A stretch of 64,000 nt of DNA, taken from positions 96,001 to 160,000 of the forward strand of contig CAVZMH010000018.1 of NCBI GenBank assembly GCA_963776345.1, read 5' to 3'. Of the stretch, positions 22,894 to 34,278 are shown in pieces. The stretch comes from an uncultured delta proteobacterium. Its GTDB lineage: Bacteria > Myxococcota > Myxococcia > Myxococcales > Myxococcaceae. Under the pieces are notes generated by a model. That model had not been told where the DNA came from and ran no database searches. It was given only the letters and a program-made list of their open reading frames with translations. Numbering within the stretch: the first letter of the stretch is position 1; each line of letters opens with the position of its first letter. The position numbers and the translations under genes were made by a program.

Positions 22894-24025
22894 GCTGACG
22901 CAGCTCACCGCCGCTCCGCCCGCCCGGAGCGGGCTCCGCGAGCGGGTCCGGGCCTTCCGGGTCCGGCACGCCCGCGAGGAGGCGATCTCCTTTTTTGCCG
23001 GCGGCTTCCTCTTCGACGCGGTCATGGTGGGCCGCATCGACGAGACGCCCATGCTGGTGCAGCAGGCGGCCTACCTCCTGGTCACCGGGCTCCTGCTCGG
23101 CGCCATGCTGCGCTTCGAGTTCCTCCACCTCGAGCCGCGCAGCTGGCTGAGGCGGCCCTGGCGCTACGTCGAGCACGCGATGCACTTCATGCTCGGCACG
23201 CTGCTCAACGCCTTCATCCTCTTCTACGTGAAGAGCGGCTCGGGCGTGACCGCGGTGCTCTTCCTGGTGCTCATCTCGCTGCTCCTCCTCCTCAACGAGC
23301 ACCCCCGCTTCCACCGGCTCGGCCCGGTGGTGCTCTGCGGCCTCTACTCCTTCGCCCTCACCAGCTACCTCGCATACCTGCTCCCGGTGCTCGCCGGAAG
23401 CCTGAGGGCGTGGATGTTCTTCGCCGCCTCCCTCCTGTCGCTCCTGCCCATCCTCCTCCTCGCGAGGCTCATGGCCCGCTGGGGAAAGGACCCCCGGCGC
23501 GCGTTCCGCCAGGCGCTGGGACCGGCGGTGGGCGTCCAGGCGCTCTTGCTCGTCCTGTTCGTGCTCCACCTCGTCCCGCCGGTGCCGCTCTCGGTCCGCT
23601 CCCTCGGGGTCTGGCACCGGGTGGAGCGCGAGGCCGGCGAGTTCAAGCTGAGCCGGCTGCCCCGGAGCCGCCGGGCGGACCTCTGGCGCAAGGACGAGCG
23701 GGTGTTCCTCGCCCGCCCCGGGGACCGGGTCTTCGTGTTCACCCGCATCTTCGCCCCGCACAACTTCCGGGACGAGGTGCGCGTCCGCTGGGCGAGGTGG
23801 GACCCGGCGCGTGGCGCCTGGGCGGAGAGTGACGCCATCCCCCTGCGCATCGTCGGCGGACGCGAGGAGGGCTTCGGCGGCTACGCCTACAAGCAGAACT
23901 GGTCGGCGGGCGACTGGCGCGTCGCAGTCGAGACCGAGGACGGCCGGGAGATCGGCCGGACCCGCTTCGAGATCCGCGCCGACCCGGAGACCACCGAGCG
24001 GGTGTTCGACGTGCTCACGAACTGA
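22817..24025 (+). CDS. DUF2914-like multi-pass membrane protein (true start probably near 22895)
   Basis: FFAGGFLFDA; several TM segments; C-terminal IVGGREEGFGGYAYK...GDWRVAVETEDGREIGR. Confidence 0.8.
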   Translation: MTDPASGRPAATATPPIPGGTTATPELTQLTAAPPARSGLRERVRAFRVRHAREEAISFFAGGFLFDAVMVGRIDETPMLVQQAAYLLVTGLLLGAMLRFEFLHLEPRSWLRRPWRYVEHAMHFMLGTLLNAFILFYVKSGSGVTAVLFLVLISLLLLLNEHPRFHRLGPVVLCGLYSFALTSYLAYLLPVLAGSLRAWMFFAASLLSLLPILLLARLMARWGKDPRRAFRQALGPAVGVQALLLVLFVLHLVPPVPLSVRSLGVWHRVEREAGEFKLSRLPRSRRADLWRKDERVFLARPGDRVFVFTRIFAPHNFRDEVRVRWARWDPARGAWAESDAIPLRIVGGREEGFGGYAYKQNWSAGDWRVAVETEDGREIGRTRFEIRADPETTERVFDVLTN

Positions 24026-24049
24026 CGGCGGCGGCCGGCCGGCCCGGGG

Positions 24050-24793
24050 TCAGTCCGGCTCGGCGCGGGCGTGCGAGGGCAGGTTGGGGTGGCGGAGGAT
24101 GAGCATCTTGACCTGGGGCTGGTTACGCACCACCGCCTGCTTCAGGAGGTGGGCCAGCACCGACGGCGGCGTGCCCGCCCAGCGCGCCAGGTTCTGCACC
24201 AGGAGCAGCGAGCCCACGGTGCGGTGGCAGAACAGCGCCGCGCTCTTCTGGTCCATCGCCAGTCCCACCAGCTGGGCCAGGATGCGCCCCTCGGTGCGGA
24301 AGAGCGTGTCCACCTTCTCCTCCGAGAGGCCGGAGCTCCAGCGCACCCGGAAGGCCTCGCGGCTGGCGATCTTGTTCTTCTCCGGCATCTCCCGGCCGAC
24401 GCTGAGCTGGAAGAGGTCGATCAGCCGCCGCTGGTGGAAGATGCGCTGGAGCAGCGCCGGTGGCGACTGGACGTTCCGGAGCAGCATCCGCTGCACCTCG
24501 GCGTCGCGCAGGAACGCGTCCTTCTTGGTCAGGGCCCCGAGCCCGGTGGGGTGAGGGTGGTGCGCCGCGAGGAGCCGGGCGTGCACCAGGCCGAACCGCG
24601 GGTTCTCCACCAGCGCTCGGGCGACGTTGGGCAGCGGGTCGAAGCACAGCGCCTGGAGCTCCGGGTCGCCCAGCTGCCCGGCCAGCCGGGTCCGCGAGTC
24701 CGCCGGGAACTGGGACAGACGCTCCTCGAACAGCCGCCGGAGCACCAGGCGCTGCGGTTCAGGCTCGGGGGAGGGCGACTCGTCGGAGGCCAT
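24050..24793 (-). CDS. Hypothetical helical-repeat (LRV/HEAT-like) protein
   Basis: Repeated 'AL.ENP', 'LLRN..SP..LL' and 'ILRHPNLP' units. Confidence 0.65.
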   Translation of the reverse strand: MASDESPSPEPEPQRLVLRRLFEERLSQFPADSRTRLAGQLGDPELQALCFDPLPNVARALVENPRFGLVHARLLAAHHPHPTGLGALTKKDAFLRDAEVQRMLLRNVQSPPALLQRIFHQRRLIDLFQLSVGREMPEKNKIASREAFRVRWSSGLSEEKVDTLFRTEGRILAQLVGLAMDQKSAALFCHRTVGSLLLVQNLARWAGTPPSVLAHLLKQAVVRNQPQVKMLILRHPNLPSHARAEPD

Positions 24794-24872
24794 CGCTGGA
24801 CACCCCCGAGTCTCGCCCAGCCCGGGGGAGGCATGCACGGAACCCACCCCCGCCTACACCTCCCTGGGGGGC

Positions 24873-27347
24873 TCAGCGGCGCCCGCGGACGTTCTGGGTG
24901 AGTCGAAGGACGTCGGCGAGCACGCCCGCGGCGGTGACGTCGCCCCCGGCGCCCGCGCCGCGGACGATGAGCGGGTAGTCCTGGTAGCGGGCGGTGGTGA
25001 ACGCCACCAGCGCCTCGGCCCCGCGCAGCGGCACCGCGGGGTGCCCGGCGTCGACCGCCACCGGCCCGACGTGCACCCTCGGTCCCTCCGCCCCGGGGAC
25101 GATCTGCACCAGGTAGCGGAGCGTCCGCCCCGCGGCCGCGTACCGGGCCACCTGCGCCGCGAAGGCCTCGTCGTGCGCCACGAGCTGCCGGAGGAAGCGC
25201 TCCGGATCGTCCTCGACCAGGAGCGCCGCGTCGACGAACGGCTCGACCGCCACGTCCGCCAGCTCGATCTGGAGCCCGAGCTCGCGCGCGAGGATGAGCG
25301 CCTTCCGGGCCACGTCGAGGCCGGACAGGTCGTCGCGCGGGTGCGGCTCGGTGTAGCCGCGGTCGCGCGCGGTGCGCACCGCGACCGAGAGCGGCGTCCC
25401 GGCCATCACCTGCTGGCAGAGGAAGCCCAGCGTGCCGGAGAGGCTGCCGTCGATGCGCTCCACGACGTCACCGGTGGCCACCAGGTTCTTCAGCGTCTCG
25501 ATGACCGGCAGGCCCGCGCCCACCGTCGTCTCGTAGTGCCAGGCCCGGAAGTGCTGCCGCGCGACGTCGAACACCTCTGCCCGGCGCCCCGCTGGCAGCG
25601 CCAGCGGCTTCTTGTTCGCCGCGACCACGTGGATGCCGCGCCGGAAGGCCTCCACGTACAGCGCCTCCATGCCGTCGGCGGCGGTGCAGTCCACCAGCAC
25701 CGGCACGGGCAGGCGCGACAGGCGGTCCAGGAGCTGCGCCATGACGGGCGGGGAGGCGGTCGGCGCGCTGGAGCGCGGTGGGAGCTGGGAGGGGATGAGC
25801 CCCCGGGGGTCGACGTGCGCCCCGTGGCGATCCACCACCCCGAACAGCCGGGTGGCGACGCCCTGGCGAGCCCGCAGCGACTCGCGCGTCGCCTCGAGCT
25901 GGGCCAGGAATCGCCCGCCCACCGTGCCCCGGCCGAGCAGGAGCACGTTCACCTCGGTCTCGGCGAGGTTGAACGCCGCGTGCACCGTCCGCACCGCCTC
26001 CGCGGTGTCGGCGGCGTCCACCACGCAGCCGATGCTCCGGGAGCTCGCACCCTGGGCGATCGCCCGCACGTTGATGCCCACGTTCCCCAGCGCGCCGAAG
26101 AAGCGGCCGGCGACGTTCGGCCAGTGCCCCATCGCCTCGGCCACCAGGCTCACCAGGGACACCGGCTCGCGGGCTGGGGGCAGCTCCACCTCCCCCCCGG
26201 CGAGCAGGTCGGCCAGCGCCGTCTCGAGCACCGTGCGCGCGCGCCCCGCCTCCGCGACGTCCACCACCGCCGCCAGGCTCTGGCCGTGGCCCGACTGGGT
26301 GACCATCCAGACCCGGATCCGCCCCTCCTCCAGCGCCGAGAGGACCCGGACGGCGAGCGACGTCTCGGGCGCCGGCAGGCGCGACTCCACCGCCAGGAGC
26401 GCCAGCTCCTCGAGACTCGTGACGCAGGTGGGCCGGTGCGGATCCGGGTTCCCCTGCGCGTCGATGACCGTGCCCTCGCCGCCGTCCACCGTGCTGCGGA
26501 TCCGCAGGCGCGCCCCGCTCTGCTCGAGCGGGAGCACCGTGCGGCGGTGGAACATGCGCAGCCCGAAGTGCGCCAGCTCCTGCGCCTCGTGCCAGGTGAG
26601 CCGAGGCACCGGGTAGGCCTCCTCGACCAATCCCGGGTCGGCGGTCATGACGCCCGACACGTCGGTCCAGATGGTCACCTCGGCGGCGCCGAGCAGGGCG
26701 GCCAGCGTGGTGGCGGCGTAGTCCGAGCCGTTTCGCCCCAGGGTGGTCGTGGAGCCGTCCGGCGCCCGGCCGATGAAGCCGGTCACCACCGGGATCTGCT
26801 GCTCCCACTGCGCGCGGCGCTCGAGCACCGGGCGCAGGCTGGCACCGAGGTCCACGCTCGCGTCCCCGTGCCGGTCGTCGGTCCGGAAGACCTCGCGTGC
26901 GTCCACCGCCAGCCCGGGCAGTCCCGCCGACCGCAGCGCCGCGGCCACCAGCCGCGACGACAGCCGCTCCCCCACCGAGAGGAGCAGATCGAGCGCGGCG
27001 GGCGAGGGGGCGCGGGCTGCGACCAGGGCGGAGAGCGCGCCGGCGCCGTCGGCGGCGATCTCACTCCAGGGCCGCTCCAGCTCGGCGAGCGCCCCGGGAG
27101 CGAGCACCTCGGCGCCGCGCGTGCGGGCCAGCTCGAGCGCCCGCTCCAGCCCGGCGCGCGCCTGGACCTCGTCGCCCCCAGCGGCGGCCCGGCCTGCCTC
27201 GAGCAGCCACTCGGTCGTGTCGCCGAGCGCGCTGACCACCAGGGCCAGCGGCCGCTCGGCCTCGGCCACCCGGCGGAGCACGACCGGGAGCCGGCCGGGT
27301 GCGCCGAGCGACGAGCCGCCGAACTTGTACACCTGCCACGGACTCAT
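24873..27347 (-). CDS. Bifunctional aspartokinase / homoserine dehydrogenase (ThrA/MetL type)
   Basis: VYKFGGSS, TTLGRNGSDY, WTDVSGVMTADP, two ACT-like regions, GRGTVG, VDCT, ANKK, YETTVGAGLP, GYTEPHPRDDLSG, GAGAGGDVTA. Confidence 0.95.
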   Translation of the reverse strand: MSPWQVYKFGGSSLGAPGRLPVVLRRVAEAERPLALVVSALGDTTEWLLEAGRAAAGGDEVQARAGLERALELARTRGAEVLAPGALAELERPWSEIAADGAGALSALVAARAPSPAALDLLLSVGERLSSRLVAAALRSAGLPGLAVDAREVFRTDDRHGDASVDLGASLRPVLERRAQWEQQIPVVTGFIGRAPDGSTTTLGRNGSDYAATTLAALLGAAEVTIWTDVSGVMTADPGLVEEAYPVPRLTWHEAQELAHFGLRMFHRRTVLPLEQSGARLRIRSTVDGGEGTVIDAQGNPDPHRPTCVTSLEELALLAVESRLPAPETSLAVRVLSALEEGRIRVWMVTQSGHGQSLAAVVDVAEAGRARTVLETALADLLAGGEVELPPAREPVSLVSLVAEAMGHWPNVAGRFFGALGNVGINVRAIAQGASSRSIGCVVDAADTAEAVRTVHAAFNLAETEVNVLLLGRGTVGGRFLAQLEATRESLRARQGVATRLFGVVDRHGAHVDPRGLIPSQLPPRSSAPTASPPVMAQLLDRLSRLPVPVLVDCTAADGMEALYVEAFRRGIHVVAANKKPLALPAGRRAEVFDVARQHFRAWHYETTVGAGLPVIETLKNLVATGDVVERIDGSLSGTLGFLCQQVMAGTPLSVAVRTARDRGYTEPHPRDDLSGLDVARKALILARELGLQIELADVAVEPFVDAALLVEDDPERFLRQLVAHDEAFAAQVARYAAAGRTLRYLVQIVPGAEGPRVHVGPVAVDAGHPAVPLRGAEALVAFTTARYQDYPLIVRGAGAGGDVTAAGVLADVLRLTQNVRGRR

Positions 27348-28495
27348 GGGGTGCTCCCGACGGCCAGGCGGACCAGCGGATCCAGCGCGTCCCACTCGAT
27401 GAGGAAGGCGTCGTGCCCGTGCGGGCTCCGCACGGTGGCCCGGCGCGCCTCGGCGCCGTGCGCGGTCAGCCAGTCGGCCAGCACGTCGACCTGGGCCGGG
27501 GTGAAGAGCTGATCGGTGTCGATGTCCACGCAGAGGGCGAACGCCCCCAGCGGCCCGCCCGGCGTCCCCGGCGGGGGCGCGTCGAGGTCGTGGGTGTCCA
27601 TCGCCTCGAGCTGGAGCAGGTAGGCCCGGGCGTCGAACCGCCGCCGGAGCTTCTTGCCCTGGTGCTCGAGGTAGCTCTGGACGGGCAGCGTCCAGGGCGC
27701 CTCCGGAGGCCGTCCGGCGCGCCGGTGCTGCCGCGCATCGAGCGACGGCTCGGCGCGGTAGGTCAGCATCGCCAGCTGGCGGGCGAGCTCCAGGCCCCGG
27801 CTCACGTCCGATGGCCAGCCCGGGTCGAGCCGGAGGATCTGCCGCTGCACGTGGTTCCACCCGGTGACCCAGGCGCTCGAGGCGCTCGAGGTGCCGATGG
27901 GCAGGAGGCGCTCCACCGCCCCCGGGCGGAGCACCGGGAGGCAGAGGGCGATCATCCCCCCGAGCGACGCGCCGGTGGCGAGGCGGAGCCGGGGAACCCC
28001 GAGCACGTCCAGGAGCGCCCACAGCGCCCGGGTCTGGTCCCACGGCGTGAGCCGCGCGAGGCCGTCCGGCCAGCCAGCGTCGAGCGGTCCCGAGCTCCCG
28101 TAGCAGCTGCCCAGGTTGTTGGCGCAGAGCACGCGGACGCGCGCCGGGTCGAGCGGCCGGCCCGGGCCGATGAGCGGCGCCCACCAGCCGTCCGGGCCCG
28201 CGGCCCGGGCGTCCCCGGTGAGCGCGTGGATGACCAGCACCGTCGGGACCGCTGGATCCAGCCCTGCGCCGGCCCCCGCCCGCAGCGGCACGGAGCGCGC
28301 CACCGGCTCCGCGGCCTCCGGGCTCACCTGCGTTCCCAGGCGCTCCAGGACGGGGAGGTCCGTCTCCGGCCCCCACCACTGCACCCGGGCGTGGTGGGGG
28401 TCCACCGTGGCCCCGCCGAGCAGGGTCAGCGGCGGAAGCCGCAGGTCGAAGAGCCGCGGGGAGGCCGCGGCGCTGGGGCGGGCGCCGGCCATCAC
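27344..28495 (-). CDS. metX: Homoserine O-acyltransferase (MetX family)
   Basis: HALTGDA, WW..LIGPG, N.LGSCYGSSGP, nucleophile GASLGG, TDQLF, HGHDAFL. Confidence 0.88.
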   Translation of the reverse strand: MMAGARPSAAASPRLFDLRLPPLTLLGGATVDPHHARVQWWGPETDLPVLERLGTQVSPEAAEPVARSVPLRAGAGAGLDPAVPTVLVIHALTGDARAAGPDGWWAPLIGPGRPLDPARVRVLCANNLGSCYGSSGPLDAGWPDGLARLTPWDQTRALWALLDVLGVPRLRLATGASLGGMIALCLPVLRPGAVERLLPIGTSSASSAWVTGWNHVQRQILRLDPGWPSDVSRGLELARQLAMLTYRAEPSLDARQHRRAGRPPEAPWTLPVQSYLEHQGKKLRRRFDARAYLLQLEAMDTHDLDAPPPGTPGGPLGAFALCVDIDTDQLFTPAQVDVLADWLTAHGAEARRATVRSPHGHDAFLIEWDALDPLVRLAVGSTP

Positions 28496-28496
28496 G

Positions 28497-30034
<1,538 letters not shown>

Positions 30035-30122
30035 GCGACGGAGCGTCCGCCCGGGCCACGCATGGGCGTGGCCCCGCCGCGAATTCGCCCCATCTGGGAA
30101 GTGCTCTTCCTCACGGGCACGG

Positions 30123-30152
30123 ACGGTAATGACCGCCCGCGTCAGCTGTCAA
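30123..30152 (-). promoter_or_regulatory. Candidate sigma70-type promoter for the leader/metY operon
   Basis: TTGACA (30152-30147, overlapping the pepP stop), 18 nt, TACCGT (30128-30123). Confidence 0.55.
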
Positions 30153-31660
30153 GCGCGGGCCCGCTTGCCCCGGGATTTCCACACCTTCGCCATCCAGCGC
30201 TCGACGTCCGACGCCTCGCTGGGGATGTCGGCGGAGAGGTTCCGCACGCCCCGGGGGGTGACCACGACGTCGTCCTCGATGCGCACGCCGATGCCCCGGT
30301 ACCGGGCAGGGACGGTCAGGTCGTCGGTCTGGAAGTAGAGGCCCGGCTCCACGGTGAGCACCATCCCGGGCTTGAGCTGACCGAGCTTGTAGGCCTCGGT
30401 GCGGGCCTGGGCGCAGTCGTGCACGTCCAGCCCGAGCATGTGGCTCACGTTGTGGAGCGAGTAGCGCTTGTAGAACTGGTTCTGGTCGGCCAGCGCCACC
30501 GCCGCGTCCTCGAGGATGCCCAGGCGCTCCAGCCCCTCCGCCAGCACCTTCATCGCCGCGCGGTTCGGGTCGAGGAAGTCCTTCCCCGGCTTCACCTCGG
30601 CGAAGGCCGCGGCCTGGGCCGCGTGCACCAGCTCGTAGATCTCCCGCTGCTCGCGGCTGAAGCGCCCGGAGACGGGCAGAGTGCGGGTGATGTCCGCGGT
30701 GTAGAGGGAGTGCGCCTCGACACCCGCGTCGAGCAGGAGCAAGGTCCCTGGCCGCACGTCTCCCTCGTTCTTCACCCAGTGGAGGATGCAGGCGTGCTCG
30801 CCGGCGGCGGCGATGGTGTTGTACCCGATGTCGTTGCCCTCCACCCTGGCGCGCAGGTTGAAGATGCCCTCCACCTCGCGCTCGTGGCGGGCGGTGCGCA
30901 GCCCGGCGATGACGTCCTCGAAGCCGCGCTTGGTCGAGGCGATGGCCGCGGACAGCTCGCGGACCTCCTGCGCGTCCTTGATCAGCCGCATCTCGGAGAG
31001 CGCCGTGGCGAGCTCCTTGTCGCGCAGGGTCTCCTCCAGCGCCCTGTCCGCCGCAGGGCTCATGCCGCGAAGCACGCGCACCGGCCGGGTCGCTGGACCG
31101 CGCAGCGTCGCCAGGGCCGCCGGGAGCTCGGCCAGCGCGCGCGCCTGGTGCACGTCGAAGCGGGCCTGGCTCTGGGGGACGCCCAGACGCGGGCCCACCC
31201 ACAGCTCGCCCTTGTTCCGGTCGGTGAAGAACGTCGAGTCGCTCTTGCCGGGGTTGGGCTCGACGAAGAGCACGTCGCGGTGCCCGCCGCCGGCCTCCGG
31301 CACCATCATCAGCACGCAGTCGGGCTCGAGGTTGCCGGTGAGGTAGTAGAAGTCGGTCCCCGGGCGGAACCGGTAGAAGGTGTCGTTGGCCCGCACCTTC
31401 TCGTGCCCGGTGGGAATGACCAGCGTCTCGCCGGGGAAGAGCTGCGAGAGCGCGCGCCGCCGGGCGGCGAAGGCGGCCGCGTTCCGGATCTTCGGCGGCA
31501 TCCGGGTGCTGGCCGGCTTCCAGTCCCGCACCATGAACTCGAGCAGCGCCGGGGGTGGCGCCGTGTCGTGCGTCGCCGGCTTGGCCGCGGGCTCGGCAGG
31601 AGCCGGCTCCGCGGTCCGCGAGCGGGCGACCTCGGCGGGAGTGGTCGGGGGGTGTGCCAT
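30149..31660 (-). CDS. pepP: Xaa-Pro aminopeptidase
   Basis: YRFRPGTDFYYLTG, CILHW, DAGVE..YTADITRT, HMLGLDVHD, TVEPGLY, GVRIEDD. Confidence 0.93.
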   Translation of the reverse strand: MAHPPTTPAEVARSRTAEPAPAEPAAKPATHDTAPPPALLEFMVRDWKPASTRMPPKIRNAAAFAARRRALSQLFPGETLVIPTGHEKVRANDTFYRFRPGTDFYYLTGNLEPDCVLMMVPEAGGGHRDVLFVEPNPGKSDSTFFTDRNKGELWVGPRLGVPQSQARFDVHQARALAELPAALATLRGPATRPVRVLRGMSPAADRALEETLRDKELATALSEMRLIKDAQEVRELSAAIASTKRGFEDVIAGLRTARHEREVEGIFNLRARVEGNDIGYNTIAAAGEHACILHWVKNEGDVRPGTLLLLDAGVEAHSLYTADITRTLPVSGRFSREQREIYELVHAAQAAAFAEVKPGKDFLDPNRAAMKVLAEGLERLGILEDAAVALADQNQFYKRYSLHNVSHMLGLDVHDCAQARTEAYKLGQLKPGMVLTVEPGLYFQTDDLTVPARYRGIGVRIEDDVVVTPRGVRNLSADIPSEASDVERWMAKVWKSRGKRARA

Positions 31661-31732
31661 GTCGAGCGAGCCTCCGGTCGGGGGCAGGAAACTAGCGCCG
31701 GCCCGCGCCGAGGTACAGGCGCAGTCCGGTGC

Positions 31733-32449
31733 TCAGCGCCGGCCCGTCGCCCACCCGAGCGCGAACGGGACGACGGTCTCGCTGCGGAGCGTCCGCGGCC
31801 CGAAGCCCAGCGGACGGAACCCGCGCGCCTCGAGCAGCGTGCGCTCGAACGGCACCCAGCCGCCCTCCGGGCCGATGGCCAGCGCCAGCCGTCCCTCGGG
31901 CGATGGGCGCCGGGGCCCGTCGTCCCCCGGATGCAGGAGCCAGCGTTCACCCGGGCCGAGCAGCGCGTCCATCCGGTCCTCCACGAAGGGGCGGAACCGC
32001 GGCTCGACGAGCACCTCGGGCAGCACCGTGTCCTGGGCCTGCTCCAGTCCGTCCAGGAGGTGGGTGCGGAGGGTTTCCGGCGTCAGGACCGGCGAGGCGA
32101 GGTAGCTCTTCTCCACCCGCGCCGCAGCGAGCAGCACCAGCCGGTCGACGCCGACGGAGGCCGCCGCGGCGAGGATGCGCCGGAGCGCCTTCGGCCTGGG
32201 GACGGCCAAGACGAGATCCACGCCCGGCCTCGGCGGCGGTGGGCGCTGGAGCGTCACCCGGAGCACCGCTGCCTCCGCGTCCATCGAGAGCACCTCGGCG
32301 GTGCCGACCTGGCCTCCGAGCAGCCCGGACCGGAGGGTGCGGCCCGGGGTCGCGTGGAGCACCTCGCGCAGGTGGCGCAGCCGCGCACCGGCGAGCCGAG
32401 CCGTTCCGTCGGCGGACAGCTCGTCGGGGAGGAGCACGAGGAGGTTCAT
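31733..32449 (-). CDS. RsmE-family SPOUT 16S rRNA methyltransferase
   Basis: HLREVL, LAVPRPK, AIGPEGGW, GPRTLRSET. Confidence 0.88.
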   Translation of the reverse strand: MNLLVLLPDELSADGTARLAGARLRHLREVLHATPGRTLRSGLLGGQVGTAEVLSMDAEAAVLRVTLQRPPPPRPGVDLVLAVPRPKALRRILAAAASVGVDRLVLLAAARVEKSYLASPVLTPETLRTHLLDGLEQAQDTVLPEVLVEPRFRPFVEDRMDALLGPGERWLLHPGDDGPRRPSPEGRLALAIGPEGGWVPFERTLLEARGFRPLGFGPRTLRSETVVPFALGWATGRR

Positions 32450-32490
32450 CGGGGCATACTCCGGTGCGAGGGTGCCGCGGACGCCCAGGA

Positions 32491-33294
32491 ATGCCATCTG
32501 AGCACAGCCGGGCCCGGGCCCACGATGCTCCCGTCCGGGTCTTCGAGCGCCTCGCGGATGACTACCGCGCCCGGCCTCCCTACCCGGACGCGCTCGTCTC
32601 GCGGCTCTCGGAGCTCGCGGGCGAGGGCCGTCCGGTGGTCGACCTCGGGGCCGGCACCGGGCTCCTCGCCGTGCCGCTCGCCCGGCGGGGACATCCGGTG
32701 CTCGCGGTCGAGCCCGCCCGGGCGATGCTCGCGGTGTGCGCCGAGACCAGCGCGGGGCTCGACGTCACCCCGGTGCTCGCGCCCGCGGAGGCGACCGGGC
32801 TCGGCGCGGTCGAGGCCGGGCTGGTCCTTCTCGCCGATGCGGTGCACTGGGTCCGGCCGGATGCGGCGGGGTCCGAGGCGCGGCGTCTGCTCGCCCCGGA
32901 CGGCGTGGCCGCGGTGGTGGCGCCCGAGCCGGCCGACACGCCCTTCATGCGCGGGCTCCAGGCGCTCCTGATCGCCGCCAACCCGAAGGCCCGGAGCCTC
33001 CCGGCCCCGCCACGCGCTCGACAGTTCCTGGTGCTCGCCGCCGGTCCCGGCCGTCCCGCGGAGGAGCGCTGGGAGCAGCGCGTTCCGCTCGGGCCGGAGG
33101 CGCTCCGCAGCGTGGTGCGCTCTCTGTCCTACGGCGGCCCGGCGCTCGGGCCCGCGGGGCTGGGCCGGCTGCTCGAGGCCGTCGACGCGCTCGGGGAACG
33201 CGAGGGTCGGGAGTGGGCGAGGGTGCTGCGGCTCTTCTGGGTCAGGCGCGGGCGGCGTTCACGCCCGACTCGAAGGCGTCCACCTCGGCCGTGA
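32491..33294 (+). CDS. Class I SAM-dependent methyltransferase
   Basis: F...ADDYRARPPYP, VDLGAGTG, AVEP..AML, AVHW. Confidence 0.82.
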   Translation: MPSEHSRARAHDAPVRVFERLADDYRARPPYPDALVSRLSELAGEGRPVVDLGAGTGLLAVPLARRGHPVLAVEPARAMLAVCAETSAGLDVTPVLAPAEATGLGAVEAGLVLLADAVHWVRPDAAGSEARRLLAPDGVAAVVAPEPADTPFMRGLQALLIAANPKARSLPAPPRARQFLVLAAGPGRPAEERWEQRVPLGPEALRSVVRSLSYGGPALGPAGLGRLLEAVDALGEREGREWARVLRLFWVRRGRRSRPTRRRPPRP

Positions 33295-34210
33295 CCGGGG
33301 CGCCGGGCGAGTCGAGGCCCGGGACGTCGAACGGGGCGCGGCCGAGCTGGTGCGTGCCCAGCGACGGGAACAGCGGCGCGAGCAGGTAGTTCCGGAGGCA
33401 GAACCACCAGAAGCTCCGCTCGTTCAGCCGGGGGTCGATGTCCGGTGCGAGCCTGGCGTGCAGCTCGGGGAGGGTGCTCCAGTGCGCCCCCGCCATCTCG
33501 TGGTGCGCCGAGTGGAGCCCGTTGTTGAAGAGCAGGAAGTTCAGGAGCGGCGAGGTGAAGCTCCGCGAGTGGTCGTGCTCGCTCCACGGATCGGTGTGCA
33601 CGTGCTGGATGTAGTTGAAGAGCATGATGGTCCACAGCGCGAAGAGCGCCGGGGTGAGGAACATCAGGCTCCACACGACGAACCCCGTCCGCCAGCCGTG
33701 CAGGGCGATGGCCAGCGAGAGCAGGGCCAGGTGCGTCCCCACGAAGAGGACGTACTGTCCCTGGATGGTCCGGTACAGCTCGGGATTCTTCTCCTTCGCC
33801 TTCTGGATGTAGTCGCGGATGGGTTCCGACTGGTACCAGCTGGAGACGAAGAAGTAGGTCGATGCCACCAGCGCATTGTGCTTGTTGGTGAACCGCCAGG
33901 TGATGGTCGCGTCACCCGCCTTGTTCACGAACTTGTGGTGGTTCAGGTTGTGGGTGGGCACCCAGGCGAACGTGGGGTACCCGTAGAAGATGCTCAGCCA
34001 GTTGCCGAAGGCGGCGTTGAGCTTGCGGCCACGAAACGTGGGCGTGTGATTGTGGTTGTGGGCGATGACGCCTGCCGACAGCGCGAGGTAGCAGCTCAGG
34101 GGCCAGAGCCAGACCGCGAGCTCGGGGCGAGCGTAGGGCAGGAGCGCGACGACCGGCATGGCCAGAGCCCACACCAGCGTCCGCCGGTCAGATGTATACC
34201 GAAGATACAT
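33242..34210 (-). CDS. Membrane fatty acid desaturase family protein
   Basis: His boxes HNHNH, HNLNHH and HSAHH; TM segments; RBS AAGGA. Confidence 0.9.
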   Translation of the reverse strand: MYLRYTSDRRTLVWALAMPVVALLPYARPELAVWLWPLSCYLALSAGVIAHNHNHTPTFRGRKLNAAFGNWLSIFYGYPTFAWVPTHNLNHHKFVNKAGDATITWRFTNKHNALVASTYFFVSSWYQSEPIRDYIQKAKEKNPELYRTIQGQYVLFVGTHLALLSLAIALHGWRTGFVVWSLMFLTPALFALWTIMLFNYIQHVHTDPWSEHDHSRSFTSPLLNFLLFNNGLHSAHHEMAGAHWSTLPELHARLAPDIDPRLNERSFWWFCLRNYLLAPLFPSLGTHQLGRAPFDVPGLDSPGAPVTAEVDAFESGVNAARA

Positions 34211-34278
34211 GTCGTCCTTACTGTGTCACGCTTGACCGTTTCCGGCCAGGTCAGAATTTCTTACAGGATCCCCGGGGG

